Positions 8,369 to 18,894 of a stretch of DNA of 64,000 nucleotides are shown one piece after another. The notes below the pieces were generated by a model that saw only the letters and a list, made by a program, of their open reading frames with translations, did no database searches and had not been told where the DNA came from. This DNA comes from Theionarchaea archaeon (GTDB taxonomy: Archaea; Methanobacteriota_B; Thermococci; Methanofastidiosales; SZ-28-30), in assembly GCA_018992685.1 (NCBI GenBank), contig JACVGT010000007.1:32001-96000 (forward strand), given 5' to 3'. Position 1 is the first letter of the stretch. The number at the start of each line of letters is the position of its first letter. Position numbers and translations under genes: made by a program.

Positions 8369-10384
8369 ATGCCAGGATATCGTTGCGATCTATCCGCTGA
8401 GGAACTGGAATTGCTCTCTCAGGTGGGGCAGACACTCCGTATTCATGAAGCCAGCATTGCAGCGGCTCTGAGAAAGGTGCTGGAATATAAGGCAGTCTAC
8501 CACGAGCACGTATTTTCCCAGGAGGAGCTCTCGGACATCAGCCTAGCCAATGTAAGAGGGCTGCTGGCAGCTCTGAGCTCTGGCGGGATGTATTCAGCAC
8601 CAGATTCCATCCATCAACTGGGAGCACAGTTTTCACACCATGGACTGGGAGACAAATCCACAGTTGACTTCTTGTCTGCGTTGCAGGATGTATGTCTCCC
8701 CTTAGTGATACAGGACTATCCAGACCAGGAGTGCAAAGCTGCGATGGTGACAGCACGAGGGATAAGTCGCTACGTTTCTCTATTCATGGAAGGAGTTCTT
8801 GCTGCTGGCAGGGACCGTATTCTGGATGCCCAAGAAAGGATCGTCCTGGCCCTTGAGCAGAGCCTCAGAGAGAGTGAGCAGTGGTTGGTCACCACCCTGA
8901 AGAGCATTGGGGATGGCGTGATAGCCACAGACACGAGGGGAAAGATAACCTTCATGAACAGTGTAGCTGAACAGCTCACAGACTGGAAAGAAGAAGAAGC
9001 TGAAGGGAAGCCTCTGGCTGAGGTGTTCTTTATCATTAATGAAGAAACTCGGGAACATTGCTCCAATCCCTTTGAGAAAATCATGAAGACTGGCAAGGTG
9101 GTGGGGCTTGCCAACAGTACAGTATTAATCGCTAGAGATGGCACTGAACGGATGATCGCAGACAGTGGAGCCCCCATTCGTGATGAGGAGAGCAACATAT
9201 TGGGAACGGTTCTGGTATTTCGTGATGTTACTGAGAAGAGAAAGATGGAAGATGATATCCTCAGGTTAGAGAGGGAGAAGATGGAATCCGTCAGCATTCT
9301 GGCTGGAGGGATAGCTCATGACTTCAATAACATCCTCACTGCAATCCTTGGGAATGTGACGATAGCAAAGATGCAGACCATGCCTGATAGTGAAATCTTC
9401 AGACTGCTCACTGAGGCAGAGAAGGCATCCCTCAGAGCAAAGAGTCTGACTCAACAACTTTTAACCTTTTCCAAAGGAGGTGCTCCAGTCCGGAAACCCG
9501 CTTCCTTAGCCGAATTGCTCAAGGCTACAGCTGAGTTTGCACTTTCAGGATCCAAAGCGCGATGCGAATTCCGGATTGCAGAGAATCTGAAATCTGCAGA
9601 CGTGGATGCAGGTCAGATCAGCCAGGTCATCAATAACCTCATGATCAATGCAGATCAGGCCATGCCCGCAGGAGGCATCATCACTATCCAGGCGGAAAAT
9701 GTTGAGGTCAACCCAAAGGCCGGGCTCCCTGTCAAGGACGGACCCTACATAAAAGTGAGCATTCAGGATGAAGGCATCGGTATACCTGAAGACTATCTGA
9801 AGCGGATATTTGAACCCTATTTCTCTACCAAGCAGAAAGGAAGTGGCCTGGGGTTAGCCACCAGTTATTCCATTATAAAGAACCATGAGGGGTGCATCAC
9901 GGTCTCCAGCAAGCTGGGAAGTGGTACAACCTTTTGCATTTATCTGCCTGCCTCTGAAAAAGAAGCCCCGCACGTTGAGGTACTGCCACCCAAGGGATCA
10001 GAAGGAAAGGGGCGAATTCTGCTGATGGATGATGAAGAGTGCATTCTGGAAGCTACCAGTGAAGTCCTCTCGTTTCTCGGTTATGAAAGTGAAGTGGTCA
10101 GAGATGGGGTGGATGCAGTGAAGTCATATAAAAAGGCGAGAGAGCAGAATCAACCTTTTGATGCAGTTATTATTGATCTCACCATCAAGGGCAAGATGAG
10201 CGGTCAAGAGACCATCCAGCACCTGCTGAAGATCGACGCTGATGTAAAGGCTATTGTGTCCAGTGGCTATTCTGATGACCCTGTTATGGCCAACTATGAA
10301 GAATATGGATTCAGCGGCGTGGTGGCCAAACCCTACACAATCGAGGAGCTGAAGGAGACTTTGGCTCAAGTCCTGCACAGGTAG
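8369..10384 (+). CDS. Hybrid sensor histidine kinase (globin/RsbRD_N-like helical domain, PAS, HisKA, HATPase, receiver)
   Basis: PAS (LKSIGDGVIATD), H-box GGIAHDFNNILT, NADQAM, DEGIGI, GSGLGL; receiver ILLMDDE...IIDL...KP. Confidence 0.9.
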   Translation: MPGYRCDLSAEELELLSQVGQTLRIHEASIAAALRKVLEYKAVYHEHVFSQEELSDISLANVRGLLAALSSGGMYSAPDSIHQLGAQFSHHGLGDKSTVDFLSALQDVCLPLVIQDYPDQECKAAMVTARGISRYVSLFMEGVLAAGRDRILDAQERIVLALEQSLRESEQWLVTTLKSIGDGVIATDTRGKITFMNSVAEQLTDWKEEEAEGKPLAEVFFIINEETREHCSNPFEKIMKTGKVVGLANSTVLIARDGTERMIADSGAPIRDEESNILGTVLVFRDVTEKRKMEDDILRLEREKMESVSILAGGIAHDFNNILTAILGNVTIAKMQTMPDSEIFRLLTEAEKASLRAKSLTQQLLTFSKGGAPVRKPASLAELLKATAEFALSGSKARCEFRIAENLKSADVDAGQISQVINNLMINADQAMPAGGIITIQAENVEVNPKAGLPVKDGPYIKVSIQDEGIGIPEDYLKRIFEPYFSTKQKGSGLGLATSYSIIKNHEGCITVSSKLGSGTTFCIYLPASEKEAPHVEVLPPKGSEGKGRILLMDDEECILEATSEVLSFLGYESEVVRDGVDAVKSYKKAREQNQPFDAVIIDLTIKGKMSGQETIQHLLKIDADVKAIVSSGYSDDPVMANYEEYGFSGVVAKPYTIEELKETLAQVLHR

Positions 10385-10485
10385 CTGGAACAGTGATCTT
10401 TTGGAATTATGTAATTTATTTCTGAGAGCCCCGTTAATTCCCCGCTTACTGTAAAACTTATATAGGTGCACTTACCTTTTAAAGC

Positions 10486-13059
10486 ATGGAGATTCAGACG
10501 CAGGAACTCCTAAAGACACTTTCAAACAAGACCAACCTCGAGATCATAAACTTGTTGAGAAACGAACCATCCTATCCCCGGAAAATATCTGAGATACTGG
10601 GAATGCAGGAAGGCTATATCTCGAGAATTCTCTCAAATCTCGAAAAAATGGGTATTTTGCGCAGTCAGTGGGCATATCGAGAACGTAATGTCAAGCTGTA
10701 CTATGTTGACACAAAGGAGATCAGCATCGCCTTTGAACCTGAAGGCTTGAAGCTTCACGTGAAGACCAAAGGTGAGAAAGAGGTATCTGTGTCTTATGAT
10801 GCGTTCAAGTTTGAAATACCTGAACCGCATGGCTTCATCAATAGAAGAAAGGAGCTGCAGTTGATTGATACTCAACCCATGGTCGTCATTGAAGGATTGG
10901 CGGGTATTGGAAAGACCTTCCTGGCTGCAGAGTATGCTCAGAACGTACAGCCAAGGGGGAAGAAGATCTTCTGGCATTCATTCACCGATATTGACTCCTT
11001 TCACTATGTTATCAACAAATTATCTGTATTCCTGAATAATGTGGGCCTTTCCAATCTTCTGGAGTATATAAAACAGGAGGGTAGGGACAGCAGGGTACTG
11101 CTTTCCCTCTTCCAGCGGGGAATGACAGAGGACATGGTATTCTGTTTTGATGGGTTTCAGAAAGTGCAGGATTCTGAACTTGTCACCATGTTCAAACTGC
11201 TCAAAGACCCAGTTGCAAAAATTATTGTTACGTCCCGGGAACGTCCTTCCTTTGTTACAATATCCCGGAGTGATATTACAGAAATCAGGTTATCAGCTTT
11301 CACTGAAAAAGAAGCCAGAGAGCTCCTTCATTCCAGAGGTGTCATTCTGGGAGACAAAATGATGAAAAAGGCCCACAGAAAACTGGGAGGTCATCCTCTG
11401 ATTCTGGACATGTTCTGTGAAGCAGCAAAAGAGAAGCAGCCAAACCTCGTTTTGGAAAACCTTCCTGGCCACCAGGTGGAAGATTATCTGTGGAGCGAAA
11501 TCTTTCAGACCCTGTCAGAGGATGAACGGAAACTTGTGGAGTGCTTGTCCATGTTCAGAATACCTGCATCGGTCGATATCCTTAAGAAGGTGTACCAGGC
11601 TCCTGGGTTCTGGACCTGCCTGAAGGGACTGGAAAAACGCATGTTTATCAGGAGACAGAACGGCGGATACGTGCTCCCCTCTTCGATTGTGGAATTCACC
11701 TATCAGAGAGTCCCCGACAAGGAGGAACTGCATTCAGAAATCGCTGCCTTCTACAAATGCCAGGGCACTTCAGAGGGGCTCCTGGAATCTATGTATCATT
11801 TCCTGCAGGGTGAAAACCAGGATGAGGCTGCTCGTCTGGTAGCACAACCTCAAGATGTCGATTTGATAGAAAGGGGGTACCTGTCACCCTATCTGGACAT
11901 TCTGAATGGGTTCAGGAAATCCAAGATATCCCCGGAGCTGTGGTGCTGTATCATGTGTGCCAAAGGTAGAATTCTGTCGTTGTATGGAGATTCCAAGAGT
12001 GCACTCCGGGCATTTGAGGAGATGCAGAAAACTGCTCAGACCATCCAGTCTGACAAGTACGACGCCCGGGCTCTACATTGGATAGGAAACATCCATGCGT
12101 CAAAAGGAGACTGGAAGACAGCGCACATGTGTCTTGACACCAGCCTGTCCATACTGGAAAGACTCCAGGAGCATGAGGAAATGGTGGGTATCCATGCAGA
12201 CATTGGATTGCTCTTGATGAAAGAGGGAGTATTTGAGAAAGCACTTTCTCATTTTCGGGCAGGAAAGGACATTGCCGAAAAGAGTGGGTTCATGTACGGC
12301 CTTTCACAGATGCTGCGAGGCATAGCAAATGTGTACTACTACCAGGATCAGTTCGACACAGCTCTGGAATTTCACACGAAGAGTTTGACCCTGGCTGAAA
12401 AGGTGAGGGATGTGAGGGGCATTGCAGCAAACTACAACACGCTGGGATTGATTCACTTCTATAAGGGTGATCTTGAAAAGGCCATATCCTGCTTTAAGAG
12501 GACGCTTAATATATCAGAGAGGATTTCAGATATCAGAGATCAGATCATCTCGTGCGGAAACCTGGGGATGGTGTACGCAGAGGGAGGAGAGAGCGGCCTG
12601 GCACAGAACTATTATCAGAGAGCGTTGCATCTGGCAGAATCGCTGGAGGATCTATACTCCATTACCTATTTGAAAATGAAAATGGCAAGTCTTCTCCTGG
12701 AGAAAAAAGAATTGGAGAAAGCTCGCGCTCTCTGCGAGGTGTGCGAGAACATGTTTTCCTTGTTGGGCAAGAGCCTTCATTACGGGGAGTTCTGCAGGAT
12801 TTTTGCCATGGTATTGCAGCAGAGAGGGGAATGGGAAAAAGCGCAGGAACTCTACCTCAAAAGTATTGATGAGACCAGTGGATCACCTCTTGAACTGGGA
12901 AAGACCTATTTAGAGTTTGGACTTGGGATGAAGAGATATGGATCACTGGAAGAAGCTGAAGCGTGTTACGAGATGGCGCTTCAACTGTTTCAGCAAGTAT
13001 CAGCAGAAAGAGAAAGAGAAAAAGCACAGGAGAAGTGGGGAGCTGACAATCGGGGTTAA
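10486..13059 (+). CDS. ArsR-type wHTH, P-loop NTPase (STAND-like) and TPR-repeat transcriptional regulator
   Basis: N-terminal wHTH; FINRRKEL, GLAGIGKT Walker A, FCFDG Walker B, GGHPL GxP motif; multiple TPRs; TATA TTATATA about 25 nt upstream. Confidence 0.8.
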   Translation: MEIQTQELLKTLSNKTNLEIINLLRNEPSYPRKISEILGMQEGYISRILSNLEKMGILRSQWAYRERNVKLYYVDTKEISIAFEPEGLKLHVKTKGEKEVSVSYDAFKFEIPEPHGFINRRKELQLIDTQPMVVIEGLAGIGKTFLAAEYAQNVQPRGKKIFWHSFTDIDSFHYVINKLSVFLNNVGLSNLLEYIKQEGRDSRVLLSLFQRGMTEDMVFCFDGFQKVQDSELVTMFKLLKDPVAKIIVTSRERPSFVTISRSDITEIRLSAFTEKEARELLHSRGVILGDKMMKKAHRKLGGHPLILDMFCEAAKEKQPNLVLENLPGHQVEDYLWSEIFQTLSEDERKLVECLSMFRIPASVDILKKVYQAPGFWTCLKGLEKRMFIRRQNGGYVLPSSIVEFTYQRVPDKEELHSEIAAFYKCQGTSEGLLESMYHFLQGENQDEAARLVAQPQDVDLIERGYLSPYLDILNGFRKSKISPELWCCIMCAKGRILSLYGDSKSALRAFEEMQKTAQTIQSDKYDARALHWIGNIHASKGDWKTAHMCLDTSLSILERLQEHEEMVGIHADIGLLLMKEGVFEKALSHFRAGKDIAEKSGFMYGLSQMLRGIANVYYYQDQFDTALEFHTKSLTLAEKVRDVRGIAANYNTLGLIHFYKGDLEKAISCFKRTLNISERISDIRDQIISCGNLGMVYAEGGESGLAQNYYQRALHLAESLEDLYSITYLKMKMASLLLEKKELEKARALCEVCENMFSLLGKSLHYGEFCRIFAMVLQQRGEWEKAQELYLKSIDETSGSPLELGKTYLEFGLGMKRYGSLEEAEACYEMALQLFQQVSAEREREKAQEKWGADNRG

Positions 13060-13225
13060 CCCGGCTGAATATTCACGGCACAGTGGTAGATTCTAAGAAA
13101 GGAGAGGAAGCAGTGCCACCTCCATATATTTCCCTCATAGCGCTCCAGAGATTGGTACCTGGCTGTTGTTTTAAGAAGAGTGTAACTTCAGAATTCTGGG
13201 AGTTCCACAGATATTCGACTTCAAT

Positions 13226-14059
13226 TCATGAGGTAACCAGCGATCTCACTGTCTCCAGGTTTTGCCTGTGTCCTCTGGTTGCATCCACAGGGGTTTCCAG
13301 TATGAGAGGAAGGTCCCTAATAGCGGGATGGTTCACAAACACTCTGAATCCCTCTTCCCCTATCTCGCCCAGTCCGATGTGAGCATGTTCGTCTTTTCGG
13401 GAATTGAAAGGATACTTGGAATCATTCAGCTGTACGGCCCTGAGGTTGGAGATGCCGACAGTGCTGTCAACCTGGTTCATTGTTCTATCAAGTCCCTCTC
13501 TGGTTGTAATATCGTACCCTGCAGCAAATACGTGACAGGTATCCAGACAGATACCTGTTTCACAATTGATGAGATCTCTGAGGTGCTGCAGTTGCTGAAA
13601 GGTGTAACCCAGATCTGTTCCCTTTCCTGCAGTCGTCTCCAGCAGGATGATGACTTCCTCCATGTCAGGTTCGAGGTTGTTCAGGGAGGTGGCAATTTGC
13701 AGTAATCCCTTGTCTTCACCCTGCCCCAGATGAGATCCAGGATGAATTTTGATATATTCAATTCCCAGGGCTTTAGCTGCTGCAATTTCCTTCTCCATGG
13801 TCTCCATGGACTTCTTGTAGATATCCTCCTTGGGGGTGGCCAGATTCGTTAGATAGGACTCATGTATGAGAATAGGCCATATCTCCTTTTTCCTGTAGAT
13901 CTCTTTGAATCTGGCTGCCTCTTCATCATCTAGTTCTGGAAACCGCCAAGTACGAGGAGAATGAGTGAAGATTTGCCCGCACGTACCTCCAATTTCCCGA
14001 ATTTCATCAAATGCATGGGTTACCCCTCCTTGTATTGAGACGTGAGCTCCGATATTCAT
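13226..14059 (-). CDS. nfo: Endonuclease IV (AP endonuclease)
   Basis: IGAHVSIQGG, HPG, LLETTAGKGTDLG, CLDTCHVFAAGYD, HAHIGLG, ILETP. Confidence 0.93.
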   Translation of the reverse strand: MNIGAHVSIQGGVTHAFDEIREIGGTCGQIFTHSPRTWRFPELDDEEAARFKEIYRKKEIWPILIHESYLTNLATPKEDIYKKSMETMEKEIAAAKALGIEYIKIHPGSHLGQGEDKGLLQIATSLNNLEPDMEEVIILLETTAGKGTDLGYTFQQLQHLRDLINCETGICLDTCHVFAAGYDITTREGLDRTMNQVDSTVGISNLRAVQLNDSKYPFNSRKDEHAHIGLGEIGEEGFRVFVNHPAIRDLPLILETPVDATRGHRQNLETVRSLVTS

Positions 14060-14173
14060 GTGTAAGAAAGGTTCGACACTCATAAATAAGTTCCCATGGC
14101 GACACGGTACGCTAGTATGGCGAAAGTCCACAGATTTTTAAACAAGGTCTTCCAAAGGAAAGAGAGGGATTTC

Positions 14174-14842
14174 ATGAAAATGTCCAAGAAGGACCTGGCA
14201 AAAGTGATAGATCACACGCTGCTGGCTTCTACGGCAACGCAGGAACAGATTACAGTACTCTGTGAGGAGGGAAAAGAACACGGATTTGCTTCTGTGTGCG
14301 TCAACAGTTGCTGGGTGTCTCTGTGCAAGAGTCTTCTCGAGAATTGTGAGGTAAAGGTATGCAGCGTTGTGGGGTTCCCCCTGGGCGCCATGGCTACCCC
14401 GGCCAAAGCATATGAAGCAGAAAGAGCGGTAAAGGATGGAGCCGATGAAATCGACATGGTTATGAATGTTGGGAAATTTCTATCTGGGACTCCTGGGGAT
14501 CTGATCTATGTCAAGAGTGATATCAAGGCTGTGGTAGAGGCTGCTTCAGGAAACCCTGTGAAAGTTATTCTGGAAACTGGCCACCTATCAGATGAGCAGG
14601 TGGCGATGGCATGCAGGATCGCACAGGAAGCAGGAGCTCATTTTGTTAAAACGTCTACGGGATTTGGGCCTCCATTTGAGATGAAACATGTCACTTTGAT
14701 GAGGAAAGCGGTGGGCGATACCATGGGTGTGAAGGCAGCAGGGGGCATAAAAACATATGAGAAGGCAGTGGAAGTCATTCAGGCTGGAGCAAGCAGGATC
14801 GGAGCCAGCGCAGGAGTGGCTATTGTGAAGGCTGCTCTGTAG
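14174..14842 (+). CDS. deoC: Deoxyribose-phosphate aldolase
   Basis: IDHTLL, VVGFPLG, GADEIDMV, KVILET, FVKTSTG, VKAAGG, RIGAS. Confidence 0.95.
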   Translation: MKMSKKDLAKVIDHTLLASTATQEQITVLCEEGKEHGFASVCVNSCWVSLCKSLLENCEVKVCSVVGFPLGAMATPAKAYEAERAVKDGADEIDMVMNVGKFLSGTPGDLIYVKSDIKAVVEAASGNPVKVILETGHLSDEQVAMACRIAQEAGAHFVKTSTGFGPPFEMKHVTLMRKAVGDTMGVKAAGGIKTYEKAVEVIQAGASRIGASAGVAIVKAAL

Positions 14843-14851
14843 GGTGGAGTC

Positions 14852-16237
14852 ATGAGAGGGCTTTTTGGGACCTCTGGGGTGCGTGGGCATACAACCAGTG
14901 AAATCACCCCACAACTGGCCATGGACATTGGAGGTGCAGTGGGTGCACTGATTGGAAGAGGAAAGAAGGCGTGCACAGGAAGAGATACGCGTTTCGGCTC
15001 ACACATGCTGGAGCTGGCCGCACGTTCTGGATTGATGTCCCAGGGAATTGATGTCACAGAATGTGGTGTGGTTCCCACTCCCGTCCTAGCTCACATGGTG
15101 AGAGAAGAAGCCGATTGCGGTATCATGATAACAGGGTCGCACCTCCCCCCAGACATGGTGGGAATTATACCCTTGTTGGAAGATGGGGCATATCTGCCTG
15201 ATCAACAGGCCAGACTTGTGGAGGAGAGCATTTTACACCGGACATTTCATAAAACCAGAGTTGGAAATATGGGACTTGGTGGGCTGTATGAGGTGGCAGA
15301 TTCTCTTTCCCGGTATAAAGAGAGACTCCTTTCTATGGTTGATGAAGATTCTATTGCTAAGAATGGATTTAAAGTGGCTGTTGACCCTGTAAATGGCACT
15401 GCCTGTGCGTTCCTGGCTGACATTCTAGGTTCCCTTGGATGTGAGGTTTCTGAAATAAATGGAGAACCTTCTGGAATTCCAGGCCGATCTCCTGAGCCCC
15501 GAGCCTCTACGCTCACCGATCTCTGTGCACTGGTAAAGGAGAGTTCATTTGACCTCGGTGTTGGATTGGATACAGATGCAGACCGTGTGGTCTTTGTCGA
15601 TGAAAAGGGAACCCCTGTATCAGAGGATGTCATGGGAGTGATTTTTGCAGACCATGTCTTTCATGAACAGAAGGGGATTCTTGTGACCCCAGTCAATTCG
15701 TCAGGTATTGTGGAATGGTTTGCCAGAACCAGAGATGTGAAGGTGGAATACTGCAAAATCGGGCAGCCTGCTACTGTGGAGGCTATAAGAAAGACTGGTG
15801 CAGCTTACAGCTATGAGGAATCAGGTAAATACTACTTTGCTGAAGAAGTGAACTGGTGTGACGGACTGCTGGCCACCCTGAAACTCCTGGAGATCCTTTC
15901 TCTCAATGATTCTACACTATCTCAGCTGGTGAATAGATACCCCCGGTTTTACCAGGTCAAACAGACTGTTGACCTTCTTCCGGAGAAGAAAGATGCAATC
16001 ATGTCTCTTATCGAGAACCGTGTGCAGCAGGTTTTGGGAGACAACCAATCACGGATCGTAGAGATTGACGGTTACAAACTGGTTTACCCTGATGATTCTT
16101 GGCTACTCTTGAGAGGGTCTGGTACGGAGCCAGTGCTCAGGATTTACTCTGACTCTCCAAACAGGAAAAGAGCTGAAACCCTGGTGAAGAGAGGAATAAC
16201 CCTTGTTAATAAAATCATGAACTCAAAGCTCGTCTGA
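14852..16237 (+). CDS. Alpha-D-phosphohexomutase family protein, probable phosphopentomutase
   Basis: LFGTSGVRG, TGSH catalytic Ser, DTDADR metal loop, EESG, SGTEPVLRIY; directly after deoC. Confidence 0.85.
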   Translation: MRGLFGTSGVRGHTTSEITPQLAMDIGGAVGALIGRGKKACTGRDTRFGSHMLELAARSGLMSQGIDVTECGVVPTPVLAHMVREEADCGIMITGSHLPPDMVGIIPLLEDGAYLPDQQARLVEESILHRTFHKTRVGNMGLGGLYEVADSLSRYKERLLSMVDEDSIAKNGFKVAVDPVNGTACAFLADILGSLGCEVSEINGEPSGIPGRSPEPRASTLTDLCALVKESSFDLGVGLDTDADRVVFVDEKGTPVSEDVMGVIFADHVFHEQKGILVTPVNSSGIVEWFARTRDVKVEYCKIGQPATVEAIRKTGAAYSYEESGKYYFAEEVNWCDGLLATLKLLEILSLNDSTLSQLVNRYPRFYQVKQTVDLLPEKKDAIMSLIENRVQQVLGDNQSRIVEIDGYKLVYPDDSWLLLRGSGTEPVLRIYSDSPNRKRAETLVKRGITLVNKIMNSKLV

Positions 16238-16492
16238 TTCTTGCTATTGACTACGCAAGTCCTGTTAAGTACGACTTCGCTCCATGTCTCGCCACGAAAT
16301 GCCACAATACCCCTTCTTTCGGGATTCCCTGGGAATAGAAGTGGTCATTCCTTCTTGACCTTCTGCATTGCTGAAACGTCTCCCGTGGTGACTAGTTGTC
16401 TCAAGAACCATCTGGAAAGGAGCTATCAGCGTCTTGTCGTGTCCTGGAACTGAACGCCTCGTTCAACGCCCAGGCCTTTTTCTACTCCGATA

Positions 16493-16687
16493 TCATGGAT
16501 TTCTACACTTGTACTTCCTGTACAATCCGTATCCCACCAGAAGAGGAGCTCCCACAATGCAAACAGGGCATACTGCGCTTGCAGCCACTCCAGCTACCGC
16601 GACTGCGGTCAACCCCCCACCAGCTGCCAGATAGAGAGTTCCATCATCAGTAGGATCTTTCTTTTTTTCGAGCGATTCAGCTTCCAT
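16493..16687 (-). CDS. Small membrane protein with CxxC motif
   Basis: 64 aa; acidic N-terminus, Gly/Ala-rich hydrophobic stretch containing CPVC, basic C-terminus. Confidence 0.55.
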   Translation of the reverse strand: MEAESLEKKKDPTDDGTLYLAAGGGLTAVAVAGVAASAVCPVCIVGAPLLVGYGLYRKYKCRNP

Positions 16688-16904
16688 CTTTGTCTTTTTT
16701 TAAGCTGGTTTTTAAGTATTTCCCGAGAACGTCTGGAATAAACGAAAATTAGATATAGTCTCATATAATCTTTATAATATGTCTATAAGGGCAGATACTC
16801 TGAGTCGGCAGAGGCGACCAAGAGGGCTACAGGGTTTGTCGCAGGACAGGCCTTATCACACCCGCTACCTAATCCACATTTTCAACGAGAAGAACAAAAC
16901 GGAT

Positions 16905-17825
16905 CTATTTCTTTCCCTTCTCGTAGTGTTTCCCAAGAGCTGCCGGTGGTACAGCTCTCTTCACTGCTCCAGCCAAGACCAGAATAGTCAGAACATAGGG
17001 AATCATCTGAATGAACTGATTGGCAGCCACTGTCCCCTGCAATTTCATTTGCAGAGCATCAGTAAAACTGAAGAGAAGACTTGCTCCAAAGGCTCCTGCA
17101 GGGTTCCATTTGCCAAAGATGTTCGCCGCCAGAGCGATGAATCCTCTCCCTGCAGACATGTTTTGGCTGAACAGGTTCAACCATCCCAGGGACAGGTAGG
17201 CACCCCCCAACCCCGATAGCATGCCGCTGGCTGTTACAGATAAATACTGAATCCGGTGCACGTTGATTCCCACGGTATCTGCAGCCTCTGGGTGCTCACC
17301 TACTGCCCTAATTCTCAATCCCAGAGGAGTCCTAAACATGATGACCCAGGCAGCAACAACAATCACAATCATGATGTATACCAGAGGGTTTTGCTGGTCA
17401 AAGATATCCTTGAGGTAGGGAATGTCTCTGATCAGTGGGATGGACAAGGGCTTCAATCCGGAAACAGGGTCTGACGCTCCCCTATTTCCCCAGATGATCT
17501 GGAGCAACAGCGTGGTAAGCCCAAGAGAAAGAATATTCACTCCCACTCCACTGACGACCTGATTTGCTTTGAACTGGATACATAGTACCGCATGCAGCAA
17601 TCCAAAGGCCCCGCCTGCCAGGACTGCGCACAGCACACCGATCCAGGGATTTCCCAGAAAATGTGTGCCCACTACACCAGCAAAAGCACCCATCAGGATC
17701 ATGCCTTCCAGTCCGATATTAATGATACCACTGCGTTCTGAGTACGCGCCCCCGATGGAGGCCAGGGCAATAGGGGGAGATATCCTTAAGGTTGCACCCA
17801 GCAGTATGGCAATACTAGAAAGCAT
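16905..17825 (-). CDS. Nucleoside/sugar ABC transporter permease (BPD_transp_2)
   Basis: SERSGIINIGLEG, RIRAVGEHPEAADTVG, GRGFIALAA. Confidence 0.92.
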   Translation of the reverse strand: MLSSIAILLGATLRISPPIALASIGGAYSERSGIINIGLEGMILMGAFAGVVGTHFLGNPWIGVLCAVLAGGAFGLLHAVLCIQFKANQVVSGVGVNILSLGLTTLLLQIIWGNRGASDPVSGLKPLSIPLIRDIPYLKDIFDQQNPLVYIMIVIVVAAWVIMFRTPLGLRIRAVGEHPEAADTVGINVHRIQYLSVTASGMLSGLGGAYLSLGWLNLFSQNMSAGRGFIALAANIFGKWNPAGAFGASLLFSFTDALQMKLQGTVAANQFIQMIPYVLTILVLAGAVKRAVPPAALGKHYEKGKK

Positions 17826-18894
17826 TGGCAATCCCTCCTTTCCTGATTTTCTTGAAGATTCTGAACATTTCAGGAGCTGCCACAAACAGTATCACGATAC
17901 CCTGGATCACCACCACCAGATCTGTGGGGACATTGGTCATCTGTTTCATGACCATCCCTCCGTTCCGCAGAGCACCAAACAGCAAAGCACCCAGTACTAC
18001 TCCCACAGGATGGTTTCTCCCCAGAACAGCAACAGCGATCCCGTCAAATCCGTACCCCGGGGAGAATCCGAAAATAAACCGTTTGTGCAGTCCCAGTACC
18101 TCGCCTGATCCACCCAGTCCTGCCAGCATTCCTGATATGAACATCGATATGATAATGCTTTTCTGGACACTTATCCCCCCGTATTCTGCAGCTGTGGGGT
18201 TGAGTCCTACTGCTCTGATTTCGTATCCCAGGGTAGTCCTATACAGAATATAGTACGTGACACCGACGCAAATGAGAGCCACGATTATGGCTGCTGATAA
18301 CTGGGTGGAGGGTACCAACCGTGGAAGCTGGGCTGATGGTGTAACAACATCAGTCTGAGCAATCCATCCTTCAGCCTTCAAAGGATAGTTGGCCAGATAG
18401 TTGCACAGGAGCACACCGATGTAATTCATCATAATGGTGGTAATCACTTCATGGGCACCCACCCTGGCTTTCAACACACTGGGCACCAGAGACCATGCAC
18501 CACCTGCAAGGGCCCCGGCTCCCAGGGCCAAAGGAATGTGAAAGAACCAGGGAAGCCAGGCAAAGTTGATCCCTACCACGGCAGCAGTAATGGCCCCAAC
18601 GTACAGTTGTCCCTCACCACCAATGTTGAATAACCCACATCGAAAGGCGAAGGCCACGGTCAGCCCTGTAAAGATGAGGGGTGTTGCCCTTGTGAGGGTC
18701 TGGGCAAAATCATACGTACTGCCGAATGCACCTTCGTACAGTGCCTTGTATGCCTCAAGAGGCGATGAGCCTGCAAGATATACAATCACTGCTCCCACCA
18801 AAAGGGCAGCAATAACAGCAATGATTGAGATAAAAATGTCCATCAGACTTTCTTTTTGAATAACCTGAGTTATTTTTATTAATCGTGGATTCAT
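17815..18894 (-). CDS. Nucleoside/sugar ABC transporter permease
   Basis: GLFNIGGEGQ, GYEIRAVGLNPTAAEYGG, GYGFDGIAVA. Confidence 0.92.
   Translation of the reverse strand: MNPRLIKITQVIQKESLMDIFISIIAVIAALLVGAVIVYLAGSSPLEAYKALYEGAFGSTYDFAQTLTRATPLIFTGLTVAFAFRCGLFNIGGEGQLYVGAITAAVVGINFAWLPWFFHIPLALGAGALAGGAWSLVPSVLKARVGAHEVITTIMMNYIGVLLCNYLANYPLKAEGWIAQTDVVTPSAQLPRLVPSTQLSAAIIVALICVGVTYYILYRTTLGYEIRAVGLNPTAAEYGGISVQKSIIISMFISGMLAGLGGSGEVLGLHKRFIFGFSPGYGFDGIAVAVLGRNHPVGVVLGALLFGALRNGGMVMKQMTNVPTDLVVVIQGIVILFVAAPEMFRIFKKIRKGGIANAF

Noticed and set aside
16779-16900. Possible ncRNA after a TATA-like site with a GCGAC/GTCGC stem
   Set aside because: Stem too short and no family features
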